From contig JAZQTM010000104.1 in the NCBI GenBank assembly GCA_045630765.1, forward strand, positions 671-64,670: a DNA stretch of 64,000 nt, given 5' to 3'. The number at the start of each line of letters is the position of its first letter. Position 1 is the stretch's first letter. The notes beneath the pieces were generated by a model, which saw only the letters and a program-made list of their open reading frames with translations, ran no database searches and was not told where the DNA came from. Positions 1-9,461 of the stretch are shown one piece after another. This DNA comes from Acutalibacteraceae bacterium. Its GTDB lineage: Bacteria > Bacillota > Clostridia > Oscillospirales > Acutalibacteraceae. Position numbers and translations under genes: made by a program.

Positions 1-1
1 C

Positions 2-1414
2 TATTGCAGTCTTAGTGCTACCTTGAGTGAGATGCGCGATATGCCGCTCGATATTGATCAGATCTATTTGACGAAACCGGGCGACAGCTTACCGGAAAAG
101 ACAGGCTTCTTCAAGAGCATGGGCTTCTCGATCCATCGCTTGGCAGCCTCCTTCTATTTGGATTATAACAACATTTCCGGTTCCGCTGATGGTCAACAGT
201 CCGTTGACATTTGGGTTAACTGGGGTCAAGACCAAGCACAGGTTTTGAACACTCTTAACCAAACCTTCACCGAAAAGACGGGCATTGCGGTCAACTTGAA
301 GATCGTTAACGCCTCGATCGTCCAGGCTGTTTTGTCAGGTAAAGGTCCTAACGTCATCTTGCAGCACAGCCGAAGCGAACCTGTCAACCTCGCTATGCGT
401 GGTGTGTTGAGAGAGTTAAGTTCTTTCCCGGATTACAAAGAGGTATTGGAACGGTTTATGCCGGGTGCAGAAGATCCTTACTATTATAAAGGTGAGTTGT
501 ACGCACTGCCGGATACGCAGAACTTCTATATTATGTTCATCCGTACCGATATTTTCGAACAATTCGGTTTGGAATATCCGACGACTTGGGAAGAGTTCGA
601 AGAAGTCACCAAGATCTTGGCACGTAACAACTTGGACGCTTCTATCCCGTATGCGCAGATCACGACGACTACTGCGACCAACGCAGGTGTCGGCAGCTTG
701 AGCTTGTTCCCGAGCCTTGTCATGCAGCGCGGATTGTCCTTGTATGCTGAGGATGGCAAGAGCACGACGTTATCCACTCCGGAGATCATTCAGACCTTCA
801 CCGATTGGACAGACTTCTACACGAAACTGAAAATACCGGTTACCGTTGACTTCTACAACCGTTTCCGTACCGGTACTTGCCCGATGGGCGTTGCCGTGTA
901 TTCCACGTACAACACCTTGAAAGCAACAGCACCGGAAATCGAAGGCTTGTGGACAATGGTTCCGATCCCCGGAACGGTGCAGGAAGATGGTTCGGTCAAC
1001 CACGCATCTACCGGTGGTGGCACCTCTTGCTCGATCTTGAAATCGACGCCTGAAAAAGAAGAGGCGGCTTGGGAATACCTGAAGTGGTGGACGGATGTCG
1101 AAACCCAGACCACCTACTCAATGACGGTTGAATCCATCTTAGGCCCGACCGGTCGTATTTCCATTTCCAACAAAGAAGCAATGCTCAACGGCCTTTCCTG
1201 GGAAGACGACGCTGCTGAAAAATTAGAAGAAGCGTGGAGCCAGGTAAAAGAGGTTCCGGAGGTTCCCGGTAGTTACTATATTTCGCGTTCTATTGATCAC
1301 TGCTTCTGGAATGTTATCAACGCCGGCAAGATTCCGAAGGATATGCTTAACAAATGGGGTCTTGAGGTTGATAGCGAAATTGAGCGTAAATGGAACCAGT
1401 ATGAAAACAGGTAA
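2..1414 (+). CDS. ABC transporter extracellular solute-binding protein (carbohydrate type), 5' end cut by window edge
   Basis: The reading frame is open from nt 2, with no stop before the listed ATG at 23. The SBP-like core starts near DIWVNWGQDQAQVLNTLNQTFTEKTGIAVNLKIV, so an N-terminal extension lies off-window. Two MalF/MalG-type permease genes follow directly. Confidence 0.75.
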   Translation, partial: YCSLSATLSEMRDMPLDIDQIYLTKPGDSLPEKTGFFKSMGFSIHRLAASFYLDYNNISGSADGQQSVDIWVNWGQDQAQVLNTLNQTFTEKTGIAVNLKIVNASIVQAVLSGKGPNVILQHSRSEPVNLAMRGVLRELSSFPDYKEVLERFMPGAEDPYYYKGELYALPDTQNFYIMFIRTDIFEQFGLEYPTTWEEFEEVTKILARNNLDASIPYAQITTTTATNAGVGSLSLFPSLVMQRGLSLYAEDGKSTTLSTPEIIQTFTDWTDFYTKLKIPVTVDFYNRFRTGTCPMGVAVYSTYNTLKATAPEIEGLWTMVPIPGTVQEDGSVNHASTGGGTSCSILKSTPEKEEAAWEYLKWWTDVETQTTYSMTVESILGPTGRISISNKEAMLNGLSWEDDAAEKLEEAWSQVKEVPEVPGSYYISRSIDHCFWNVINAGKIPKDMLNKWGLEVDSEIERKWNQYENR

Positions 1415-1514
1415 GCAAACCTGAAAGTATTGTAGTAATTGTTAGGTATCCGACAAACGGCAGTTGCCGTTTGTCGGGCACTCGCAGATTTATGTAACAA
1501 GAGGAGGAAACAGG

Positions 1515-2438
1515 GTGAAAACAAAAGCAATACCCACCTCAAAATCGAAACTGTCCGGAGCAGGAGAAAACACAGCTTCCTGGTTGTTAGTGGCACCGTT
1601 TATGACGTTCTTTATTTTATGTACGCTCATTCCGGTTGCCTCCTCGATCGTGCTTAGCTTCTTCGATTACGATATGGTTTCAACCCCGATTTTCACGGGC
1701 ATTCAAAACTATATGCGTATGTTCACCGACGACAGTGTGTTTTTCACGGTTTTGGGCAACACCTTAAAATTTGCAGTCGTAACCGGCCCGTTAAGCTTTT
1801 TACTTTCGTTTTTGCTTGCCTGGTTGATTAACGAATTTCCGCACGCCGTCCGTAGCATCTTGTCCTTTTTGTTCTATGCGCCCGCCTTGGTTGGTAACGC
1901 ATATTACATTTGGCAGGTTGCCTTCTCGGGCGATAGTTTCGGTTATGTGAACAACTTATTGATCAGCTTAGGTTTCATCACCGAGCCGATTCAATGGTTG
2001 AAGAGCGTCGCCTACAACGCTACGATTATTATGATCGTACAGTTGTGGATGAGTATGGGTGTTTCGTTCTTGGCAAACATTTCCGGTTTGCAGAACGTCA
2101 ACACCGAATTGTATGAAGCGGGCGCCATCGATGGTGTTCGTTCGCGTTGGCATGAGTTGTGGTATATCACACTCCCGTCCATGAAGAGCATTTTGTTGTT
2201 CAGTGCGGTTATGCAGATCCAGTCCGTCTTCTCCATCAGTGTTGTTGTAACGACCTTGGCGGGTTACCCCAGTGTTAACAACTCCGTTGATACGTTGGTC
2301 CCGTTAATTCAGGACGTCGGTACGGCACGATATGAAATGGGTTATGCGGCAGCGCTGTCCGTGTTCTTGTTCCTCATGATGGCCGTATTCAGAACCTTGG
2401 TAGGTAAGGCCTTGGATTTGATGGGTAAACAAGACTAA
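1515..2438 (+). CDS. Carbohydrate ABC transporter permease (MalF-like)
   Basis: Multiple hydrophobic spans and an EAA loop (YEAGAIDGVRSRWHELWYITLPSM). GTG at 1515 is in frame with the track ORF (1464) and is preceded by GAGGAGGAAAC, so I prefer it as the start. Confidence 0.8.
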   Translation: MKTKAIPTSKSKLSGAGENTASWLLVAPFMTFFILCTLIPVASSIVLSFFDYDMVSTPIFTGIQNYMRMFTDDSVFFTVLGNTLKFAVVTGPLSFLLSFLLAWLINEFPHAVRSILSFLFYAPALVGNAYYIWQVAFSGDSFGYVNNLLISLGFITEPIQWLKSVAYNATIIMIVQLWMSMGVSFLANISGLQNVNTELYEAGAIDGVRSRWHELWYITLPSMKSILLFSAVMQIQSVFSISVVVTTLAGYPSVNNSVDTLVPLIQDVGTARYEMGYAAALSVFLFLMMAVFRTLVGKALDLMGKQD

Positions 2439-2490
2439 CAGAACGTTAAAGTAAACGAATCTATGATATTATTTAGGCGGTGAGTGTGAT

Positions 2491-3390
2491 TTGACTAATA
2501 ACACGGTAAAGGCAATCCGTATGCTGCGCCCCAAGAAACGCTCGGAATACCGACGGTATACGCGCTCGAAGGCAGGTACGGTACTGTATTTTTCCCTTTT
2601 GTTCTTAGCGGGTATGTTCACGGTTTTACCGATGATATACTGTATATGCACCTCTTTTAAGCCGTTGGACGAGTTGTTGATTTTCCCGCCCCGCTTTTTG
2701 GTGCATCGTCCGACGCTGGAGAACTATATAGCCCTTCCTTCGCTGTTGAACACCCTGCGTGTTCCGATGGAACGCTATTTCTTCAACAGCTTGTTTGTTT
2801 CCGTAACCGGTGTGTTCCTGCACGTTATGGCGGCATCTGCTGCGGCCTTTGTTTTCTCGAAATCGCAGATCAAAGGCAGAAAGGTTCTCTTCTTGATCGT
2901 GCAGTTCGCCCTTTTGTACAACAGCTACACGTTGTCGGTTCCCCAATACTTGATCTTCAGTAAGATCGGTATTGTCGATACCTATTTGGTGTATCTGTTC
3001 CCGGCGATCCCCTCCGCGATGGGTTGTTTCTTGATGAAACAGTTTATCGATGTCAGTGTGCCGAACGCTTTGATGGAAGCGGCGCGTATTGACGGTGCGG
3101 GTATGGGACGTATTTACTGGCAGATCATTATGCCGATCGCAAAGCCCTCGTGGATGACCTTGATGTTGTTCTCATTCCAAAACCTGTGGTCAACCGTGCC
3201 GAGCGGAACCATCTTCAGCGAGGAATTGAAACTTATTCCTCAGGTTATGACCAACATAACCAACGGTGGTATTGCTCGATCGGGCAGTGCAATGGCTGCG
3301 ACGGTTTTGATGATGTTACCTCCGATTACTGTGTATTTCATTGCTCAAAGTAACGTTATCGAAACAATGAGTAGTTCCGGTATTAAGTAA
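2491..3390 (+). CDS. Carbohydrate ABC transporter permease (MalG-like)
   Basis: EAA loop MEAARIDGAGMGRIYWQIIMPIAKP and six hydrophobic segments. The start is uncertain: TTG at 2491 or ATG at 2521. Confidence 0.8.
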   Translation: MTNNTVKAIRMLRPKKRSEYRRYTRSKAGTVLYFSLLFLAGMFTVLPMIYCICTSFKPLDELLIFPPRFLVHRPTLENYIALPSLLNTLRVPMERYFFNSLFVSVTGVFLHVMAASAAAFVFSKSQIKGRKVLFLIVQFALLYNSYTLSVPQYLIFSKIGIVDTYLVYLFPAIPSAMGCFLMKQFIDVSVPNALMEAARIDGAGMGRIYWQIIMPIAKPSWMTLMLFSFQNLWSTVPSGTIFSEELKLIPQVMTNITNGGIARSGSAMAATVLMMLPPITVYFIAQSNVIETMSSSGIK

Positions 3391-3426
3391 GAAGCAGAGT
3401 GACAAGCGAAAGTTAGGTGGATTGTC

Positions 3427-5541
3427 TTGAAAAAAATAATTTCAGCTCTTTGCGTTGCCATACTGCTGTTTGCCAGCTCGGGCATTGCGGCTTCGGCGGA
3501 CTCCTTCACTCGTAAAGACGAGCCGAACGGTTCTTCAACGCAGGCACTTTCCCGCGAATTGTACGCAGCAACGCGCACCATTTCAGCAGCGGATTTAGGC
3601 CTTGAAGATACCCTTGAAGAGATGACCGATCTGTTTTGCGCGGCAAACGGCGAAGTCTACATTCTGTTGAGCAAATCATCCAAGATTGTTGTCTTGAACC
3701 CTGATTACACCTTGAAAGAAGTCTTGACGGCACACGATGCAGACGAGATGGAAATCGATTTCTCGGGCGCACAGGGTGTTTATGTAGATGCCAATGGCGA
3801 CTTGTACATTTCGGATACATTAAATGCGAGAATTCTGGTTACCGATTCTACCGGTTTGTTCAAAGAATCGTGGGATCTGCCGGATTCACCGTTGATTCCG
3901 GACGATTTCCAATATCAGCCCACACGTTTCCTCAAGGATAAAGACGGCTATGCATACGTTATCAGCTTGGGTTGCTATTACGGTGCGTTGGCCTATTCTC
4001 CCGAAGGCGAATTCATGGGCTTTTTCGGCGCGAACCGCGTAACCGCGACCGCGTTGAACACGATTTCTTACTTGTATGATATGATTACAAGTAACGATAC
4101 CAAGAAAGAGGCATCTGCCAAGGTTCTCCCGTATTCGTTTTTGGATATGGCATTGGATTCCGACGGCTACTTGACGGTTTGTTCCGGTAAAACTGCTGTA
4201 TGGTCCAATGGTAACGGTCAGATCCGTAAGATCAGCTCCGGTGGTTCCAACATTTTGCTGAAACGTCAGAGTGACGGTTCGACCACAGCGGCAGACTCGA
4301 TCAACTTCTTGGAAGGTTACGTAGCCAGCAAAGCGGGTAAAAACCGCGTGCAGGACTTGGCTGCGCTGGATGTGAGCGCAGACGACTATATCTTTGCGTT
4401 AGATAAAATTTACGGTTTGGTCTATATCTACGATAACACCTGTAACCGTATCAGCACGTTCGGCGGCGGTATCGGTGCGGGAACCGAGCTTGGTGAGTTT
4501 GTCTCGCCCTCTGCAATGGCACTGCATGGTACGTCGTTACTGGTTGCTGATGCAAAGACTGAGCAGGTCACGGTATTTGAGCAGACCGAGTTTGGTTCTC
4601 TTTACTTCAAAGCACAGACCTTGACCTTGAAAGGTGACTACATCGAATCCCAACCGTTATGGGAACAGGTCATTGAGCAGGATGCCAGCTGTCAGTTAGC
4701 GTATCGCGGTTTGGCAAACGCGGCGTATAGCTCCAAAGATTATCGCGCAGCGTTGGAATATGCTGAAAAGGGCTTGGATTACCCGACGTACGATTTGGCA
4801 TGGCAGATTTTGATCAAGGAGTTTGTCGCTCGCTATTTCATTTGGTTCTTTGTGGGTGCGATTCTTCTGCTTGTTGGTCTTGGCGTCCTCCTTGTGCGTT
4901 TGAATAAACGTGAGCAACCGTTAATTCAAAATGAAAAAGTAAAGGCACTCTTTGGTGTATCCACACATCCGTTCCGTGCCTTTGAAGACATTAAATATAA
5001 GAAGCGCGGTTCTCTGCTGATCGCTGCGATCATCGTTGTTCTGTTCTTCTTTGCCAAAGCTTTGGAGGCAACTTCGACCGGTTTCTTGTTCTGCCGTAAC
5101 AGCTCGCAGACCTATAACATCGTCTTTACCCTGGCACAGACGGTTGGTTTGGTTGTTTTGTGGAGCGTCGTTAACTGGTTGATGTGCACCTTGTTCTCCG
5201 GCAAAGGCTCTCTCAAGGAGATTGTGGTCGTAACAGCGTATTCACTGTTACCGCTTGTCATCTACACGTTTATCTTTGTAGCATTTTCCCACATTCTCCC
5301 GCTTTCAGGCGGAGCGCTTATGGGCGGCATCCAAACGGTATTGTTGATCTATACGTTCTACCTGTTGTCCGTCGGTATGATGGCAGTTCATGAATACACC
5401 TTCCCGAAATTCCTGCTTACCAGCTTGGTGACTTTGGTTTGTATGGTTTTGGCGATTTGCATCGGCTTTATCGTGGTCATCCTGCTTCAGCAGTTCTGGA
5501 ATTTCTTGTACTCCATCTTCATGGAGATAGTGTTTAGATAA
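3427..5541 (+). CDS. Secreted NHL-repeat beta-propeller-like protein with TPR-like segment and C-terminal Yip1-like multi-pass membrane domain
   Basis: TTG start follows AGGTGG. Signal peptide MKKIISALCVAILLFASSGIAASA. NHL-like blades include GVYVDANGDLYISDTLNARILVTD, GLVYIYDNTCNRISTFG and LHGTSLLVADAKTEQVTVFE. A TPR-like stretch (AYRGLANAAYSSKDYRAALEYAEKGL) precedes 5-6 hydrophobic spans that begin after FGVSTHPFRAFEDIKYKKRGS. Confidence 0.6.
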   Translation: MKKIISALCVAILLFASSGIAASADSFTRKDEPNGSSTQALSRELYAATRTISAADLGLEDTLEEMTDLFCAANGEVYILLSKSSKIVVLNPDYTLKEVLTAHDADEMEIDFSGAQGVYVDANGDLYISDTLNARILVTDSTGLFKESWDLPDSPLIPDDFQYQPTRFLKDKDGYAYVISLGCYYGALAYSPEGEFMGFFGANRVTATALNTISYLYDMITSNDTKKEASAKVLPYSFLDMALDSDGYLTVCSGKTAVWSNGNGQIRKISSGGSNILLKRQSDGSTTAADSINFLEGYVASKAGKNRVQDLAALDVSADDYIFALDKIYGLVYIYDNTCNRISTFGGGIGAGTELGEFVSPSAMALHGTSLLVADAKTEQVTVFEQTEFGSLYFKAQTLTLKGDYIESQPLWEQVIEQDASCQLAYRGLANAAYSSKDYRAALEYAEKGLDYPTYDLAWQILIKEFVARYFIWFFVGAILLLVGLGVLLVRLNKREQPLIQNEKVKALFGVSTHPFRAFEDIKYKKRGSLLIAAIIVVLFFFAKALEATSTGFLFCRNSSQTYNIVFTLAQTVGLVVLWSVVNWLMCTLFSGKGSLKEIVVVTAYSLLPLVIYTFIFVAFSHILPLSGGALMGGIQTVLLIYTFYLLSVGMMAVHEYTFPKFLLTSLVTLVCMVLAICIGFIVVILLQQFWNFLYSIFMEIVFR

Positions 5542-5589
5542 TGGTATCTGAGTGTGGTAATTGATTTTCCTGTATGAAGGATGTGCAGT

Positions 5590-7815
5590 ATGAAAAAGTG
5601 TGTATTATTTGCGATGTGCTGTATCCTGCTTCTTTCGATGGTAGGATGTAGCTCATCCAAAGCAGAAACCTATCCCGTTTATGATGAGAATGCGACGGTT
5701 TCTAACGTTGCAAGCGGCGTGGTAGCATCCAATGCCAACTACGAACTCATCTGGGATGAAACCGCATATTGCGTGATGCTTCGTGATATACAGACCGGTT
5801 ATATCTGGTCGAACATTCCGTACGAGTATCTGCAAGAAGGCGGTTTGAATTCAAACGTAAACTCAACCATCAGTATCACGACCGTTAAACAGTCGAACTT
5901 GACTTGGGATACCTATCGTGGTTACACCGATGCCGTCGAAGGCGGCAAGGTGTCTTGCGAGCAGGTTGAGAACGGCGTTCGTGTTACCTACTATTTCGAA
6001 AGCGCGCAAATTTCCGTTCCGGTTATTTACACGCTGGGCGCTACCTCACTGGATGTGACGGTTGATGCACAGAACATCAGCGAAGGGGAGGAGCATAAGA
6101 TCCTTTCCGTTTCGGTTGCACCGTTCCTGTGCTCCGCGCTTAATGAAAACGAAGGTTCTTACGTTATGGTTCCTTCCGGTTCCGGCTCTCTGATCTATGC
6201 TGCTGAAACCGTAAAGGGTACGCGTAAATACAGTGGGCAAGTATACGGCCGTGATCTTTCGCAGGCGTTTGTTGAGCTCGTTGTTGAAGAAGAAGCGCTT
6301 CGTTTGCCGGTGTTCGGTGTCAAGAACGGCGACAACGCTATGTTGTGCGTGATGAAGGACGGCGCAGAATCGGCAACCGTTGAAGTGGAAGCGGGTAACA
6401 AACGTACCGGTTACACAACGGTATACCCGACCTACTATATTCGTGGCTATGACCAATTGGCAACGAATTCCAGCAACAAGTCCATCCTTGGTGGCGGTGA
6501 CTACTATTCTGTTACCTCCATCGTGCGCACGACCGTTAATCCGACGTTGTCCTATTTCCCGTTAAAGGGTGAGGACGCCGACTATAACGGTATGGCAAAA
6601 TGCTATCGTAAGTATTTGGAAAGCACGGGCGAACTGGTAAAAACATCTTCCGACGCCAATTACGGCTTGACCATTCTTGGCGGCGCACAGGTTACGGGTT
6701 CCGTTTTGGGCTTCCCGTGCAGTGACACGGTCGCCGCGACAACGTTCGAGGAAGCACAAACCATCATAAGCTCCTTGTCGGAGGGCTCTGCCAGCCAACC
6801 GGCTGTTCGTTTGGTTGGTTTTGGCGACTGTGGCGTCAATCCCGGTAGTTTAGCCGGCGGTTTCTCGCTCAATTCCGCGTTTGGTACAGACGCCCAACGT
6901 GCTGCTCTGGAAAAATATTGCGCGGACAACGGCATCTCCTTGTTCTCCGACTTTGATTTGCTCCGTTTCAGCAAATCCGGAAATGGTTTCTCCACGTCAT
7001 CAGACGTTGCGAAGAGTTCCAGCTTGCGCAAAGCGATTTGCTATCCGTTGGGTACACCGCAACGTGAGAAGAAATTGAAATACGCCTACAATTTGTTGAG
7101 CCGTAGCCAACTGATTCCGGCGTCTCAAAAATTACTCAAGGCGGCTGACAAGTCAAATCTTTCCGGCGTTAGCTTTATGTCCCTCGGACATATCGCGTAT
7201 TCCGATTATGATGATGCTCTCTACGCTTTAAGAGGCAACACCCAAACCGATGTATCTTCCATCATCAGTGCCTTTATCAAAGGCGGTCATGCTGTGGCGG
7301 GTGGCCCGAATGCGTATTCCGCAGTTTCGTCTTCCATGGTCTTTGATGTTCCGACCGATAACGGCGGCAACTTCAATTTTGATGCTGAGATTCCGTTCTA
7401 TGAGCTGGTGTTCAGCGGAACCAAACCGATCTTCGGTGAATCCATCAATATGGCTGACGATATGAACCGCGCTACTCTGAAAACGTTGGCATACGGTGCG
7501 AACTTGAGCTTCTCCGTTCTGTACGAATACGATACGGACTTCACGGAAACCGATATGCTTTACGTGGGAATGGGTGCCAACAAATTGTATGCTTGCGGTT
7601 TTTCGGCAAACGAAAAGTTGATCAACAGCACCATGGAAAAATACGGTGCCCTGTACGAGAAGACCGGCAAAGCAAGCATGGTTCGTTACACTGCACTGTC
7701 GGATTCGGTTACCGAAACCGTATTTGATAATGGCGTAACGCTGTATATCAACCATAGTGACGCACCTGCTGAATCGCCTGTCGGCGAACTGGCAGCCTAC
7801 GAAGTGCGGTATTAA
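5590..7815 (+). CDS. Large lipoprotein of unknown function (possibly DUF5696-like; candidate extracytoplasmic glycan-active protein)
   Basis: ATG at 5590 is preferred (MKKCVLFAMCCILLLSMVGCSS, lipobox-like VGC). The 741 aa soluble body has no motif I can assign. The DUF5696 name rests only on my memory of such genes next to YIP1-family genes in Firmicutes sugar loci. Confidence 0.45.
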   Translation: MKKCVLFAMCCILLLSMVGCSSSKAETYPVYDENATVSNVASGVVASNANYELIWDETAYCVMLRDIQTGYIWSNIPYEYLQEGGLNSNVNSTISITTVKQSNLTWDTYRGYTDAVEGGKVSCEQVENGVRVTYYFESAQISVPVIYTLGATSLDVTVDAQNISEGEEHKILSVSVAPFLCSALNENEGSYVMVPSGSGSLIYAAETVKGTRKYSGQVYGRDLSQAFVELVVEEEALRLPVFGVKNGDNAMLCVMKDGAESATVEVEAGNKRTGYTTVYPTYYIRGYDQLATNSSNKSILGGGDYYSVTSIVRTTVNPTLSYFPLKGEDADYNGMAKCYRKYLESTGELVKTSSDANYGLTILGGAQVTGSVLGFPCSDTVAATTFEEAQTIISSLSEGSASQPAVRLVGFGDCGVNPGSLAGGFSLNSAFGTDAQRAALEKYCADNGISLFSDFDLLRFSKSGNGFSTSSDVAKSSSLRKAICYPLGTPQREKKLKYAYNLLSRSQLIPASQKLLKAADKSNLSGVSFMSLGHIAYSDYDDALYALRGNTQTDVSSIISAFIKGGHAVAGGPNAYSAVSSSMVFDVPTDNGGNFNFDAEIPFYELVFSGTKPIFGESINMADDMNRATLKTLAYGANLSFSVLYEYDTDFTETDMLYVGMGANKLYACGFSANEKLINSTMEKYGALYEKTGKASMVRYTALSDSVTETVFDNGVTLYINHSDAPAESPVGELAAYEVRY

Positions 7816-7835
7816 TGGGGAGGAGGGAACATACT

Positions 7836-8753
7836 ATGAAACCTTTTTGGAAATCTCAAAGTGGCTTGGTTGCTCGTCGTGAACGTATGGGTTATACCTT
7901 CGTTGCTCACTGGGCAATAGGCTTGATCTTGTTCTTTATTGTTCCGCTCGTCTCTTCGTTCATTTATGCATTTTCCGATGCACGAATCACTGAGAACGGT
8001 ATGGAAACAGCCTTCGTCGGTTTCACGCATTTCGACTACATTATTAACTCGGACGCGAAATACATTGACAACTTGACGGCTTCGTTGGGCTTGATCGGTT
8101 ACACACTTCCGCTGGTTTTGTCATTGAGCTTGATCTTGGCGGTTGTACTTAATCAGCAGTTTGCAGGTCGTACCGTTTTCCGTGCGATCTTTGCGTTGCC
8201 GATCATTATCGCTACTTCGCCGATTATCGACCTTTTGTCCGGTAGTTTGGTCAACGCTCCCATCTTTAACCTGACCAGTAATACCAGTGGTCAAGACCAA
8301 TATGGTGGCGTTATCGATTTCGCGAGTATTTTACAAAGTTTGGAATTGCCCGATCAGATCAATACTATGCTTGGCAACTTGTTGAGTAACGTCTTTAGTA
8401 TTATCTGGAGTTGCGGCGTGCAAACGATCCTGTTCTTGGCAGGCTTGCAGAGCATTCCCGCACAGCTGTACGAAGTGTCCAAGATCGAGGGCGCGAACAA
8501 GTGGGAAGAGTTCTGGATGGTAACCGTCCCGAGCTTGCGCCACGTTATCACGCTGGTTTTGATCTACACGATGATCCAGCTGTTTACCGCAACGGACAAC
8601 CCGGTTATGACGCAGGCGTTTGAATTGTTGCAGCAAAAACAGATCTACGATCAGAGCTCTGCTATGTTGTGGCTGTATTTCGGCATTGTTTTGGCGGTTA
8701 TGGGTGTGGTTCTCGGTTTGTACAATCGTTTCTGCATCCGCAAATGGGAATAA
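7836..8753 (+). CDS. Third carbohydrate ABC transporter permease (MalF-like)
   Basis: EAA-type loop YEVSKIEGANKWEEFWMVTVPSLRH and six hydrophobic spans. ATG at 7836 follows GGAGGAGGG; the track ORF starts at 7815. Confidence 0.75.
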   Translation: MKPFWKSQSGLVARRERMGYTFVAHWAIGLILFFIVPLVSSFIYAFSDARITENGMETAFVGFTHFDYIINSDAKYIDNLTASLGLIGYTLPLVLSLSLILAVVLNQQFAGRTVFRAIFALPIIIATSPIIDLLSGSLVNAPIFNLTSNTSGQDQYGGVIDFASILQSLELPDQINTMLGNLLSNVFSIIWSCGVQTILFLAGLQSIPAQLYEVSKIEGANKWEEFWMVTVPSLRHVITLVLIYTMIQLFTATDNPVMTQAFELLQQKQIYDQSSAMLWLYFGIVLAVMGVVLGLYNRFCIRKWE

Positions 8754-8773
8754 ACCACATTACGTATTATCAC

Positions 8774-8811
8774 AAAAAGCCGATGTGCCTTTTAGGCGCA
8801 TCGGCTTTTTT
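8774..8811 (+). terminator. Rho-independent terminator
   Basis: AAAAAGCCGATGTGCC TTTT AGGCGCATCGGCTTTTTT follows the third permease gene. Confidence 0.8.
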
Positions 8812-8930
8812 CTGTAAACAACCTTTTAAAAAATCGGTATTGCATTATGAAGGTTTTGATGTTACAATAAGATAGTACTTATTTCTCCGTGAATACTTAA
8901 AAATTATGATAGAACAGAGAGGGATACGTA

Positions 8931-9407
8931 ATGACAAAGATCAGCAAGCTCTTAGCATTGTGTTTCGTATTGATGGCATTGATTCTGTGTATGGCACTCG
9001 CCGGTTGTAAAAAGACTCCTGTGTCTGACACGAATGACGATGCACAGGTAACAACCACGGTACAAGCAGGTGGTTCGACAACCGAAATTCAAGTCGGCGA
9101 AGAGGGCTTTATGCCGGATGATGACGACGTTGTGGTTGGAATCGAAGGCACCAAATCCTCAAGCTCCGTTGCCACTTCCAAATCTTCCGGCACGATGACA
9201 TCCACCACAAAATCTTCTGCCGCAGGGGGGACGACGAAGTCTTCTTCAAAGGCTACCACCACCACGAAGGGTCAACAAAGCGGAAATGTTTCGCAAAGCC
9301 AATCGACTGCAGAAGCTACCACAACAACGACCAAAGGCGCCACAATTACTACAACAACCAAAGGTGCTACAAAGTCCACTAATAAAAATGAAACGCCGAT
9401 TTATTAA
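8931..9407 (+). CDS. Small Thr/Ser-rich lipoprotein
   Basis: Lipobox LAGC at residues 23-26. The rest is low-complexity T/S/K sequence containing the tandem motif TTTTKGATI/TTTTKGATK. Confidence 0.6.
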   Translation: MTKISKLLALCFVLMALILCMALAGCKKTPVSDTNDDAQVTTTVQAGGSTTEIQVGEEGFMPDDDDVVVGIEGTKSSSSVATSKSSGTMTSTTKSSAAGGTTKSSSKATTTTKGQQSGNVSQSQSTAEATTTTTKGATITTTTKGATKSTNKNETPIY

Positions 9408-9419
9408 GTAACGCTATAC

Positions 9420-9461
9420 AAAAAGCCACCGTCCGTTATGTTGAGGACGGTGGCTTTTTTT
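9420..9461. terminator. Bidirectional hairpin terminator
   Basis: AAAAAGCCACCGTCC-GTTATGTTGA-GGACGGTGGCTTTTTTT. The AraC stop codon sits in the loop. Confidence 0.75.
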
